A stretch of 63,682 nucleotides of DNA, the filler included. It is 4 parts of 4 records of this genome, joined end to end, with 100 filler letters (N's around TTAATTAATTAA, not from the genome) between each part and the next. Parts side by side here need not be neighbours in the genome. Positions count along the whole stretch, not along the records: positions 1 to 7,041 come from SRR2962707_1726; positions 7,142 to 28,892 come from SRR2962707_1728; 2 more parts are not named here. One strand, 5' to 3'. Of this stretch, positions 1-9,550 are shown one piece after another (position 1 is the first letter of the stretch; every line of letters starts with the position of its first letter). The translations under genes were made by a program, and so were the position numbers. Under the pieces are notes generated by a model that did no database searches, was not told the origin of the DNA, and saw only the letters and a list, made by a program, of their open reading frames with translations.

Positions 1-85
1 TTTTCGAAATAATAATTCGTTTTTATCAAGAAAAGCCATCGGCTAAAACATCCTGGTGCCATGCACCGCCGACAGAGGAACACCC

Positions 86-1312
86 ATGACCACAGCGACA
101 GGCCCCCTTGCGGGCATCCGAATTCTTGATCTGACCCGTATTCTGGCAGGACCGACCTGCACACAGCTGCTGGGCGATCTCGGCGCCGACATCATCAAGG
201 TCGAGAAGCCGGTCGACGGTGACGACACCCGCGGTTGGGGGCCGCCGTATCTGAAGGACAAGGACGGCAACGACACCCGCGAAAGCGCCTATTACATGGC
301 ATCGAACCGCAACAAGCGCTCGGTCACCATCGACATCGCCAAACCGGAAGGGGTGGCGCTGATCAAGGATCTGCTCAAGCACTGCGATGCGCTGTGTCAT
401 AACTTCAAGGTCGGCGGGCTGGATAAATACGGCCTTGGATACGACGACATCCATGCCGAATTTCCCGACAAGGTCTATCTGCATATCTCCGGGTTCGGGC
501 GCACCGGGCCGTATGCCAAGCGTGCGGGATACGACATGCTGGCACAGGGGATGGGCGGTATCATGAGCCTGACCGGTCCGGTCGACGGCGATCCGCACAA
601 GGTCGGCGTCGGCATTTCCGACGTGATGTGTGGCATGTATGCGACGACGGCGCTGTTGGCGGCGCTCCGGCATCGTGACAAGACGGGGCAGGGGCAGCTG
701 ATCGATCTGGCGCTGCTCGACACGACCGTTGCATGGCTGATCAACGAGGGCGTCAATTATCTGACCCACGGAAAGGAAAACGTCCGCCGCGCCAATGCCC
801 ATTCCAACATCGTTCCCTACGATGTGTTTCCGACGGCGGACGGCTATGTCATCCTCGCTATCGGCAATGATGCCCAGTACAAGCGGTTCTGCGAGTTTGC
901 CGGCAAACCTGAAATGGCGACGGACGAGCGTTTTTTGAGCAACGACCTGCGGGTGCGGAACCGCGATGCGATCACCCCGCTGATGCGCCAGACGACGGTC
1001 ATGAAAACGACCGCCGAATGGGTCGAGGGACTGGCCCCGCTGGGGGTGCCGTCGGCACCGGTGAACACCGTGCCGCAGGCCTTTGAAGACCCGCAGATAA
1101 ATCACCGCGGCATGCGCATTGAAATGGACCACCCGATTGCCGAAGACGGCAAATGCCGTCTGATCGGCAACCCGATCAAATATTCGGAAACGCCGGTGTC
1201 ATATCGCCGTCCGCCGCCGATGACTGGAGAGCATACCGACGAAGTTCTGGAAGAATTGCTCGGGCTTGATCCGGCGCAATGCGAAAAATTGAGAGAAGAC
1301 GGCATTTTATAG
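86..1312 (+). CDS. CoA-transferase family III (CaiB/BaiF)
   Basis: Motifs LDLTRILAGP, GADIIKVE, NRNKRS, GYDMLAQ (catalytic Asp); ATG at 86 after GAGGA; 13 nt from the next gene. Confidence 0.92.
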   Translation: MTTATGPLAGIRILDLTRILAGPTCTQLLGDLGADIIKVEKPVDGDDTRGWGPPYLKDKDGNDTRESAYYMASNRNKRSVTIDIAKPEGVALIKDLLKHCDALCHNFKVGGLDKYGLGYDDIHAEFPDKVYLHISGFGRTGPYAKRAGYDMLAQGMGGIMSLTGPVDGDPHKVGVGISDVMCGMYATTALLAALRHRDKTGQGQLIDLALLDTTVAWLINEGVNYLTHGKENVRRANAHSNIVPYDVFPTADGYVILAIGNDAQYKRFCEFAGKPEMATDERFLSNDLRVRNRDAITPLMRQTTVMKTTAEWVEGLAPLGVPSAPVNTVPQAFEDPQINHRGMRIEMDHPIAEDGKCRLIGNPIKYSETPVSYRRPPPMTGEHTDEVLEELLGLDPAQCEKLREDGIL

Positions 1313-1325
1313 AAGGAACCGATCC

Positions 1326-2543
1326 ATGTTTCAGCTGACCGACGAGCATCTTGAATTGCAGGCCGCCGCCCGGAAACTGGCGACGGAGGTCATTGCCCCC
1401 CGCGCTGCCGATGTCGATAAGGCCGAGGAATACCCCTGGCACAATATCGAGGAACTGACCAAGGCGGGCTTCATGGGGATGACCATCCCGACGGCCTGGG
1501 GCGGGCGGGGACTGACATTCCTGCACGCGGCGCTTGTCGTCGAGGAAATGGCCAAGGTCTGTGGTGTGACCGGGCGGATTGTCGTCGAGGCAAACATGGG
1601 TGCGGTCAGCGCGATCATGCGGTACGGCTCGGACGCGCAGAAGAAGCTGGCGGCGGAACTGGTGCTTGGCGGCGACAAGCCCGCGATCTGCATCACCGAG
1701 CCCGAAGCCGGATCGGCGGCCACCGACATGACCACGACCGCGGTCAAAAAGGACGGCGGATACGTGATCAACGGCCTCAAGCACTGGATTACCGGCGGCG
1801 GTGTGTCGAAGCTGCATCTGATCTTTGCGCGCGTGATCGAAAACGGAAACGATCTCGGCATCGGCGGTTTCATCGCCGTGCGTGATGAGGCCGAAGGGCT
1901 GCGCGTCGGCAAGCGTGAGCCGACCATGGGCCTGCGCGGCATCCCGGAGTGCGAGATGATCTTTGAAGACCTGTTCATCCCCGAAGAAATGGCGCTGATC
2001 CCGCCCGAAGGAATCAAACGCGGCTTTGCCGGTCTGATGAATGCCTACAATTCACAGCGCGTCGGTGCTGGCACCGTGGCGCTCGGGATTGCCGAAGGCG
2101 CATATGAAAATGCCCTCGCGTATGCGGGTGAGCGCGAGCAGTTCGGACGCCCGATCGCCGAATTCCAGGGGCTGCAGTGGATGCTGGCCGACATGTCGGT
2201 AGGCATCGCGGCGGCACAGGCGCTGATTTACAAGGCGGCGGCTTCCGCCGAGACGAATGAAGGCGGGTTCCCCGACATGCTGATGGCGGCGCAGGCGAAG
2301 ATTATTGCTTCCGAAACCGCGATCAAGGTGACGTCCGATGCGCTGCAGGTCTTCGGGGCGGCGGGGTATTCCCGGAACCGGCCGATGGAACGGATGTACC
2401 GCGATGCGCGGATGTTCACCATCGGCGGCGGCACAGCGCAGGTGCTGCGCAATCTGGTCGCCGGCAAGATTTTGAACCGCAAGCTGCCGCAGACCCGTGA
2501 CGGGTATCTGAAGCTCGCCGAGCAGGCCCGCGCGGCGGAATGA
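1326..2543 (+). CDS. acdA: Acyl-CoA dehydrogenase family, 3-sulfinopropionyl-CoA desulfinase type
   Basis: ACAD motifs (ITEPEAGS, KHWIT, REQFGRPIAEFQGLQW); GRIVV, YNSQRVG, FTIGGGTAQ and terminal KLPQTRDGYLK match my recollection of AcdA; the usual IYEGT catalytic Glu is absent. Confidence 0.8.
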   Translation: MFQLTDEHLELQAAARKLATEVIAPRAADVDKAEEYPWHNIEELTKAGFMGMTIPTAWGGRGLTFLHAALVVEEMAKVCGVTGRIVVEANMGAVSAIMRYGSDAQKKLAAELVLGGDKPAICITEPEAGSAATDMTTTAVKKDGGYVINGLKHWITGGGVSKLHLIFARVIENGNDLGIGGFIAVRDEAEGLRVGKREPTMGLRGIPECEMIFEDLFIPEEMALIPPEGIKRGFAGLMNAYNSQRVGAGTVALGIAEGAYENALAYAGEREQFGRPIAEFQGLQWMLADMSVGIAAAQALIYKAAASAETNEGGFPDMLMAAQAKIIASETAIKVTSDALQVFGAAGYSRNRPMERMYRDARMFTIGGGTAQVLRNLVAGKILNRKLPQTRDGYLKLAEQARAAE

Positions 2544-2549
2544 CGAAAC

Positions 2550-2655
2550 GCCACGTCCTGCGAGACAGCCCTGCGGGCATCCTCAGGAAGAGGCGTTAAA
2601 TTAATTTCCTCATGATGCTGAGGAGGACGCAGCGCGACCGTCTTGAAGCATGAGG
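2550..2655. repeat. Intergenic palindromic REP/RIME-like element
   Basis: Inverted arms (tcctgcgagac...cctcagga and cctcatgatgctgaggagg...gtcttgaagcatgagg) resembling alphaproteobacterial intergenic palindromic repeats. Confidence 0.55.
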
Positions 2656-2680
2656 AAGACAACTGACAGGAAAGTATTGC

Positions 2681-4297
2681 ATGACCACCACATCGGACAT
2701 CATCGGCAAACGGCTTTACGATGCGGGCTGCCGCCATGCCTTCGGTATTCCCGGCGGTGAAGTGCTGTCCCTGATGGACGGGCTGGGAAAGGCGGGGATC
2801 GCGTTTCATCTGGTGAAGCATGAAAATGCCGGCGGCTTCATGGCCGAAGGCACCTATCATGCCACCGGTGCCCCCGGCATTCTGGTCGCCACCGTCGGCC
2901 CCGGTGTCGTCAATGCCGTCAACGTCGTCGCCAATGCCTGGCAGGATCAGGTGCCGATGATTTTCCTGACCGGGTGTGTCGATGCCGCCGAAGCGGAAAC
3001 CTATACCCACCAGGTATTCGACCATACGAAGGTGATTGCGCCGATCTGCAAGGCGTCGATGGTGGCCGCCGAGGGGGCTGTCGATGTGATGATCGACAAG
3101 GCTGTCGCCATTGCCATGCAGGACCCGCCGGGGCCGGTGCATCTGGATGTGCCGATCAATATCGCCGGCAAGGAAGCGAAGGTGACCGGCTATCCGGGCC
3201 GCGCACCGATGTCGAAAACGGCCCCCGCGCCGGGGCCGGATCTTGACCGGGCGCGTGACGCCATCGCCAATGCCCAGCGGCCGCTGATGATCGCCGGGGT
3301 TGAGGTGCTGCACCACAATGCCGCCGGGGTGATCGATGAAGCCGTGCACCGGCTGAACATGCCGATCCTGACGTCATATAAAGCAAAAGGCGTGGTCAGC
3401 GAGGATGATCCGCTGTGTCTGGGCGGCCACGGACTGTCACCGAAATCCTACAAAGCGCTGAAACCGATGCTCGACGATGCCGACGTCATCGTGCTGGCCG
3501 GGTATGACCCCATTGAAATGCGTATCGACTGGCGTAATGCCTGGCCGACGGGAATCGACGGCAAAACCGTGATCGAGGTCTCGGCGCAGCCGAACACCCA
3601 TTACGTGCATCAGGCCGATCTGAGTTTTGTCTGCGATGTCGGCGAGGGGATCCGTACCCTGACCGCCGGGATCAACGGCAAGGAGACATGGGCCGGGGAC
3701 GGCATCGCCAAAATGCAGGCGATCCTGAAGGACGCCTTTCCACGCGATGAAGCCTGGGGGCCGGCCGCGGTCATCGACAGTGCCCGCAAGGCATTTCCCA
3801 AGAACGGCTTCGCCGCCGTCGATACCGGGGCGCACCGCATTCTGCTCAGCCAGCAATGGGACTGTTATCAGCCGCGCACCCTGACCCAGTCGACGGGGCT
3901 GTGCACGATGGGCTGTGCGCTGCCGCTGGCCATGGGCCACAAGATAGCCAATCCGGAAACGCCGGTGATCGCCTTCACCGGTGACGGCGGCATGGAAATG
4001 ATTATGGGGGAACTGGCGACCCTGCGCGATATGCGTCTGCCGGTGGTCATCGTCGTTTTCGTCGACCAAAGCCTGTCCCTGATCGAACTGAAACAGCGCG
4101 CCAATACCCAGGACAATCTGGGCGTCGATTTCGGCGGCACGGACTTTGCCGCGCTGGCCAATGTGATGGGCGGGATCGGGGTGACGGCAGCGGACCGCAA
4201 CACCCTGGAAAAGGCGATAGCGGACGGGCTTGAGGCCGATACCTTTACCCTGATTGCCTGCCCTATCGGGCGTAAGGCTTATGACGGGCGGTTCTGA
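2681..4297 (+). CDS. Thiamine-diphosphate-dependent enzyme (acetolactate synthase-like)
   Basis: FGIPGG, HENAGGFMA, GPGVVN and the GDGG ThDP-binding motif; substrate unknown. Confidence 0.88.
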   Translation: MTTTSDIIGKRLYDAGCRHAFGIPGGEVLSLMDGLGKAGIAFHLVKHENAGGFMAEGTYHATGAPGILVATVGPGVVNAVNVVANAWQDQVPMIFLTGCVDAAEAETYTHQVFDHTKVIAPICKASMVAAEGAVDVMIDKAVAIAMQDPPGPVHLDVPINIAGKEAKVTGYPGRAPMSKTAPAPGPDLDRARDAIANAQRPLMIAGVEVLHHNAAGVIDEAVHRLNMPILTSYKAKGVVSEDDPLCLGGHGLSPKSYKALKPMLDDADVIVLAGYDPIEMRIDWRNAWPTGIDGKTVIEVSAQPNTHYVHQADLSFVCDVGEGIRTLTAGINGKETWAGDGIAKMQAILKDAFPRDEAWGPAAVIDSARKAFPKNGFAAVDTGAHRILLSQQWDCYQPRTLTQSTGLCTMGCALPLAMGHKIANPETPVIAFTGDGGMEMIMGELATLRDMRLPVVIVVFVDQSLSLIELKQRANTQDNLGVDFGGTDFAALANVMGGIGVTAADRNTLEKAIADGLEADTFTLIACPIGRKAYDGRF

Positions 4298-4386
4298 TCG
4301 GCCTTCACATTTGCGTGCGCAATATGGAAAAGGCTGGAAGTCTTTTCTATAGATGATTACTTCGGTAGCAGCATCGGAGGGCATGC

Positions 4387-4785
4387 ATGTCGGACAAAGT
4401 CGTTAAATCGGAACAGGAATGGATGGACCAGCTCGGCTTCGAGGCCTTCAAGGTCCTCCGCATGAAGTCGACGGAACGCGCCGGGACCAGCCCGCTCAAT
4501 CGTGAAAAGCGCGACGGGATGTTCGTCTGCGCCGGGTGCGGTGAGCCGCTGTTCACGTCCACCAGCAAGTTCGAATCCGGCACCGGCTGGCCCAGCTTCT
4601 ATGAGCCGGTCAGCGATGACGCGATCGGCGAGGAAATCGACAAGGGTTTCTTCATGACCCGGACCGAGGTTCACTGCGCCAAGTGCGACGGCCACCTGGG
4701 CCACGTGTTTCCGGACGGCCCGCAACCGACCGGCCTCAGATACTGTATCAACGGTGTTTCGCTGAAATTCAAACCTGCGGATTAA
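4387..4785 (+). CDS. msrB: Peptide-methionine (R)-S-oxide reductase
   Basis: CxxC pairs, KFESGTGWPSF, GHLGHVF.DGP, RYCING. Confidence 0.97.
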   Translation: MSDKVVKSEQEWMDQLGFEAFKVLRMKSTERAGTSPLNREKRDGMFVCAGCGEPLFTSTSKFESGTGWPSFYEPVSDDAIGEEIDKGFFMTRTEVHCAKCDGHLGHVFPDGPQPTGLRYCINGVSLKFKPAD

Positions 4786-4904
4786 AGCAACAGGGCCTCC
4801 CTGAGGTTCCATCGTCGTCCCAGATTTGATTTGGGAACCATGATCTTTCTATGGGCTCTGAGTTGAATTCAGGGCGACGTGCATTGAAAAAATCCACGGG
4901 TATT

Positions 4905-5510
4905 TTAGGTCATCGCCATCGGCACGAACCCCGGCAGCCCCTGTATGCGGGCGATCCATGCTTCGACGGCGGGATAATCCGCGAGATTGAAGCCGCCTTC
5001 ATCAGCGACATGGGTATAGGCGAAAAGCGCGATGTCGGCGATGCTGGGCGCCCCGGCGACGAACCAGTCGTTGGTGCCAAGATGATCATTCATCAGATTA
5101 AGCGCCGCGATGCCGTTCGCACGTTTGCCTGGCAACTGCACTTTCTGCACCTCATCAAGACCGGGCAGGTGTGTCCAGAAGCGCAGCGTGGCGATGTTCG
5201 GTTCGTGTGAGTACTGCTCGAAGAACATCCATTGCAGCACCTGTGCGTGATGCAGCCGGTCGGCCGGCAGATACGGGGTGTCTGTGGCCAGGTAATGCAG
5301 GATGGCATTTGATTCCGGGAGCGCCGTGCCGTCTTCAAGAATCAGCACCGGGATTCGTCCGTTCGGATTGACGCGCAGGAATTCTGGCGTGCGTGTTTGC
5401 GATTTCAAAATGTCATAGGCGACATATTCATAAGGTGTATCCAGCAGCGCCAGCAGCAGCCGCGCCTTGTACCCGTTCCCGGAAATCGGATCATCCAGCA
5501 GTTTCAGCAT
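4905..5510 (-). CDS. Glutathione S-transferase
   Basis: SGNGYK, NPNGRIPVL, ESNAIL, SIADIAL. Confidence 0.93.
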   Translation of the reverse strand: MLKLLDDPISGNGYKARLLLALLDTPYEYVAYDILKSQTRTPEFLRVNPNGRIPVLILEDGTALPESNAILHYLATDTPYLPADRLHHAQVLQWMFFEQYSHEPNIATLRFWTHLPGLDEVQKVQLPGKRANGIAALNLMNDHLGTNDWFVAGAPSIADIALFAYTHVADEGGFNLADYPAVEAWIARIQGLPGFVPMAMT

Positions 5511-5558
5511 CAACTTCTCCTTGTGCTCGGGCGGACATTGCCAATATCAGTAATGCCA

Positions 5559-5594
5559 GTGATTTTGACTGTGACTTTGACCGTGACCTTGATA
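5559..5594. repeat. Six tandem degenerate hexamers (KTGAYH)
   Basis: gtgatt ttgact gtgact ttgacc gtgacc ttgata in the divergent GST/SDR spacer. Confidence 0.6.
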
Positions 5595-5663
5595 GGACGG
5601 ATTTCAATGCCGCTCAAAGCACGTTTAATAATGCAATGACGACAAAAACTAATGGAGGGGAAT

Positions 5664-6419
5664 ATGGCGAACACATCAAAGATTGCGATCGTAACCGGGG
5701 CCGGGTCGGGAATCGGCCGGGCCAGCACCGTGGCGCTGGTTGCGGACGGGTGGACGGTGGCGCTGGCCGGGCGGCGTGCTGACGCGCTCGCGGAAACCGT
5801 CTCGATGTGTGACGCCCCGGATCGGGCGCTGGCGGTGCCGACGGACGTTACCGACCCTGATGCCGTCGCCGCGCTGTTCCAGAAAGTCGTCGATACCTAT
5901 GGGCGGCTCGACCTTCTGTTCAACAATGCCGGCGCCAATGCGCCCGGAATCCTGCTGGAAGACCTCAGCTTCGAGCAGTGGAAGACCGTGGTCGACGTCA
6001 ACCTGACCGGTTCCTTCCTGTGTCTGCAGGCGGCGTTCCGCGTGATGAAGGATCAGAACCCGCAGGGTGGTCGGATCATCAACAACGGCTCGATTTCCGC
6101 GCATGCGCCCAGACCGGATTCGATCCCCTACACAGCGACCAAGCACGCCGTTTCCGGATTGACGAAAACCGCGTCGCTGGACGGGCGGAAATACAACATC
6201 GCCGTCGGTCAGCTCGATATCGGCAATGCCCAGTCGGACATGGCCAACCGCATGGCCAAGGGCGTCAAGCAGGCGAACGGCGAGATCAAACCCGAGCCGA
6301 TGATGGATGTCACCGATGTCGGCAAAGCCATCGTGCATATGGCAAGCTATCCGCCTGAAACGAACATCTTCACGATGACGGTGATGGCGACACAAATGCC
6401 GTTCACGGGACGCGGCTGA
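5664..6419 (+). CDS. Short-chain dehydrogenase/reductase
   Basis: [20 protein letters not shown] at 5664 after GGAGGGG. Confidence 0.93.
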   Translation: MANTSKIAIVTGAGSGIGRASTVALVADGWTVALAGRRADALAETVSMCDAPDRALAVPTDVTDPDAVAALFQKVVDTYGRLDLLFNNAGANAPGILLEDLSFEQWKTVVDVNLTGSFLCLQAAFRVMKDQNPQGGRIINNGSISAHAPRPDSIPYTATKHAVSGLTKTASLDGRKYNIAVGQLDIGNAQSDMANRMAKGVKQANGEIKPEPMMDVTDVGKAIVHMASYPPETNIFTMTVMATQMPFTGRG

Positions 6420-6629
6420 CGGAGGCGGAAGTATTCAGGGCATCGTTAGTCTGTATTCATGAGAACGGCAGAATAATATGCCCTTGGGAGGCAGCTTTTC
6501 GAAATATGCGTCAATCTGTCCAGAAAAGTTAAATTGTTACGTTCTCTTGCCAGATTGAATAACACTGATACAATCCGTCGACGAAGATGCCATGTCAGCG
6601 ATTATGGCTGCATGGCAGAAGCGAAATGA

Positions 6630-6677
6630 AGTGAACCCAAGTTCACTCACTATTAAGTACAGTGAACAAAAGTTCAC
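6630..6677. promoter_or_regulatory. Two palindromic boxes GTGAAC-N4-GTTCAC, 31 bp apart
   Basis: gtgaacccaagttcac at 6631-6646 and gtgaacaaaagttcac at 6662-6677, just upstream of the RBS of the binding-protein gene. Confidence 0.6.
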
Positions 6678-6708
6678 GTTGCACAAGCAGTCTGGGAGGA
6701 CTCACACA

Positions 6709-7041
6709 ATGAAGGCACGTCTGACGACGGCGGTATTGGCTTCGGCTTTTGCCTTGGGTGTTACGCTGGCTTCGCCGGCCAGCGCCAAGGTCGAGGGAGA
6801 TACGATCATCCTCGGTTCCGCCATTTCATTCACAGGTAAGTATTCGACCAACGGGATTCATGCCAAGAACGGCTATGAACTCGGGGTCAAAAAAGTCAAC
6901 GAGATGGGCGGCGTCACCGTCAACGGCAAGAAGTACAAGCTTAAAGTCGAGTACTATGACGATGAATCCACGCCCCTGCGTACCGCACAGCTTCTCGAGC
7001 GTCTGATCAGTCAGGACGGCGTGAAGTACTTCCTCGGCCCG
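6709..7041 (+). CDS. LivK-type ABC substrate-binding protein (partial, contig end)
   Basis: Signal peptide, SFTGKYS, VNEMGGV, YDDES; GGGAGGA RBS; truncated by the N spacer. Confidence 0.88.
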
Positions 7042-7141
7042 NNNNNNNNNNNNNNNNNNNNNNNNNNNNNNNNNNNNNNNNNNNNTTAATTAATTAANNN
7101 NNNNNNNNNNNNNNNNNNNNNNNNNNNNNNNNNNNNNNNNN
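7042..7141. other. Artificial contig spacer (Ns plus TTAATTAATTAA)
   Basis: 100-nt N run with central all-frame stop linker. Confidence 0.99.
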
Positions 7142-7206
7142 CGTCAAAAATCGTTCCCGACGATTTTTTGTGGCCCGCCATCCATGGCAGCCACCTTGCG
7201 GGCCAA

Positions 7207-7274
7207 TTCGCTGGCAAGCCAGCTTCCCACACAGGGGCCGCGAAGCCGCTGTGGGAAGCGAGTTCACTCGCGAA
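7207..7274. repeat. Inverted REP doublet (REPIN/BIME-like)
   Basis: ttcgctggcaagccagcttcccaca (7207-7231) facing tgtgggaagcgagttcactcgcgaa (7250-7274); GTGG-type REP with internal palindromes. Confidence 0.7.
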
Positions 7275-7367
7275 CAGCGAGCATCCCCGGTATCAAACCA
7301 CGATTGGCAAGCCCCGGATTACCTGCCAACATCCCTGCCTTGAACGGCTCAATCCCCGGAGGTTGTC

Positions 7368-7865
7368 ATGTGGTTAACGCACTACTCGACACTGGCCCGC
7401 TACAACCAGTGGCAAAACCGGCAACACTACCAACTCTGTGCCAAACTGGACGACACCCAGCGCAAGGCGGACCGGGGCCTGTTCTTCCACTCCATTCACG
7501 GCACGCTCAACCATCTGCTGCTCACCGACCGGCTGTGGCTGGGCCGGTTCCTTGACCGCCCTTTTCAGGTCCGGAGCCTGGATCAGCAGTTGTATGAGGA
7601 TTTCGATCAATTATGGCGGGAGCGGGACAGTACCGATCAGGCCATTCTGGACTATATCGCCGGACTCGAGGAAAGCCGTCTGGACGGTGAGCTCAGCTAC
7701 GTCTCGGCTTCCACCGGCCAATCCCGAAGCTATCCATTGCGGCTTTGCCTGACGCATTTTTTCAATCACCAGACCCACCATCGCGGCCAGCTCACCACCG
7801 CCTATGGCCAACTGGGCCATGATGTGGGTATCACCGATCTGATCTTCATGCCCAGGTCTCCATAA
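7368..7865 (+). CDS. DinB family protein
   Basis: YNQWQN, FFHSIHGTLNHL, HFFNHQTHHRGQ. Confidence 0.93.
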   Translation: MWLTHYSTLARYNQWQNRQHYQLCAKLDDTQRKADRGLFFHSIHGTLNHLLLTDRLWLGRFLDRPFQVRSLDQQLYEDFDQLWRERDSTDQAILDYIAGLEESRLDGELSYVSASTGQSRSYPLRLCLTHFFNHQTHHRGQLTTAYGQLGHDVGITDLIFMPRSP

Positions 7866-7873
7866 CCGGGCTT

Positions 7874-9550
7874 TCAGTCCCGTTCCAACTCCTCGGTTTG
7901 AAGGCTGCTCAACTGTGCGCAAACCAACTCCGCGGCGTAATCCGCCGCATCCTGGTATGGGCGCAGCACCTGCCCAACGCCAGCTTCCTCCAGAACCTGG
8001 CCGTCCCGTTCGTGATGTACGGTCACCGCCAGACGTCCACCGTAGCCCCGCTCCGTCAACGCCAGCCCCAAGCCACGATTCAAACCCAAGTCCGGTACGG
8101 TGCTGATCACCCACTGTATCGAGTCTAGCGGCAGATGTTCGATGAATTCGTGGCTCTCAATATCGCCGTAAGCAACATTCAGTCCTTGCCGCTGGTACTC
8201 CCTCACCACCTCCGGATCAAAGTCGAGACCCAACACGGCGACACCCGCATCGCGAAGCCGGTGCACCAGACGCCCCCCATAGCGCCCCAAACCAAACACC
8301 AGTACTTGGGTGTTCCCGATGGACGCTCCGGCCTCCTCCGCTTCACGGTAGGGATTGCGGCGCTCAAAGTGGGTCAACCAGGGCGATAACCACTCATAGA
8401 GTTTGTGGGAGTACAGAATCATATAGGTGGAGATAGTGATAGTGACAATCCCCACCAGGGTGATCAGGCCGAGGGCGTTATCATTGATATGGCCAAGAGT
8501 AATGCCCATGGCCATGAAGATGATGGAAAATTCACTGATCTGCGCCACGGTCAAACCAGCCAGGAAGCCGGTACGCCGGCGATACCCCATGGCCCCCATG
8601 ATCACGATTACTACCAGTGGGTTACCGATTAATACGAACAACGAGAACACCAGGGCCGCGGATAACTCTTCTCCCAGGGCCGCGAATTGCAACTGCGATC
8701 CGAGGTGCACGAAAAAAAACAGCAACAGAAAATCCCGGACGCTGGTTAGTCGTGCGCTTACCGCTTCACGGTAGGGTGTGGAGGCCAGGGAAAATCCTGC
8801 CAGAAACGCTCCCACTTCCTTGCTGAAGCCCACATAATCCCCCAATGCCGCCGCCGAGGTACCCCAAGCGATACAAAACAGCAGCATCAACTCCGGCGAC
8901 TTCGCCAGCAAATGCATCAAGGACGGCAGCAAGTAGCGCATGGCCAGCACCACCAACAGAGCCGCCGTCAGCAACTTGCCAATAATCGACAGTAACAGCA
9001 GCCCGGTGCTCTCCACATCCAGCCCCTTGGAGACACTGAGACTACCCACCACCATCATCGCCAGTACCACGGCGATATCCTGGACAATCAAAAAGCCCAT
9101 GGCGATACGACCGTGCAGAGAGTCGATCTCTTTTTTATCCGACAACAACTTGACGATAATAATGGTGCTGGAGAACGTCAGCGCCACCGCTACGTAAAGT
9201 GCTTTGATGCTGTCAAAGCCCAGCATCAACCCGATCACATAGCCAAGAACAATAGTGAAGGTTAGCTGGCCAAGACCGGTGGCCAGCGCCACCGGCCCCA
9301 GGTTGCGCACCAGGTGCATGTCCAGCTTCAGCCCGACCACGAACAGCAAAATAGTGACACCTATTTCCGCCAGCAACGAAACCTGCTGCTCCATCCCGAT
9401 CAGATCGAGCCCGGCCGGCCCCACCAGAATTCCCACGAGGATGAAACCGACCAGCAAGGGCTGTTTCAAGCGCACCGCCAGTACTCCCACCAAAGTGGAG
9501 ATGAACAGCAAGGCGGCGAATTCGTAGTATTGATGTTCCATGGTCATCAT
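7874..9550 (-). CDS. CPA2/Kef-type cation:proton antiporter with C-terminal TrkA-N domain
   Basis: Many TM helices, FSSTIII, QISEFS, GLGRYG; start placed at the ATGA overlap with the AraC stop rather than 10009. Confidence 0.9.
   Translation of the reverse strand: MMTMEHQYYEFAALLFISTLVGVLAVRLKQPLLVGFILVGILVGPAGLDLIGMEQQVSLLAEIGVTILLFVVGLKLDMHLVRNLGPVALATGLGQLTFTIVLGYVIGLMLGFDSIKALYVAVALTFSSTIIIVKLLSDKKEIDSLHGRIAMGFLIVQDIAVVLAMMVVGSLSVSKGLDVESTGLLLLSIIGKLLTAALLVVLAMRYLLPSLMHLLAKSPELMLLFCIAWGTSAAALGDYVGFSKEVGAFLAGFSLASTPYREAVSARLTSVRDFLLLFFFVHLGSQLQFAALGEELSAALVFSLFVLIGNPLVVIVIMGAMGYRRRTGFLAGLTVAQISEFSIIFMAMGITLGHINDNALGLITLVGIVTITISTYMILYSHKLYEWLSPWLTHFERRNPYREAEEAGASIGNTQVLVFGLGRYGGRLVHRLRDAGVAVLGLDFDPEVVREYQRQGLNVAYGDIESHEFIEHLPLDSIQWVISTVPDLGLNRGLGLALTERGYGGRLAVTVHHERDGQVLEEAGVGQVLRPYQDAADYAAELVCAQLSSLQTEELERD

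Noticed and set aside
7086-7097. TTAATTAATTAA palindrome (also 28937-28948 and 56939-56950)
   Set aside because: Artificial all-frame stop linker within N spacers
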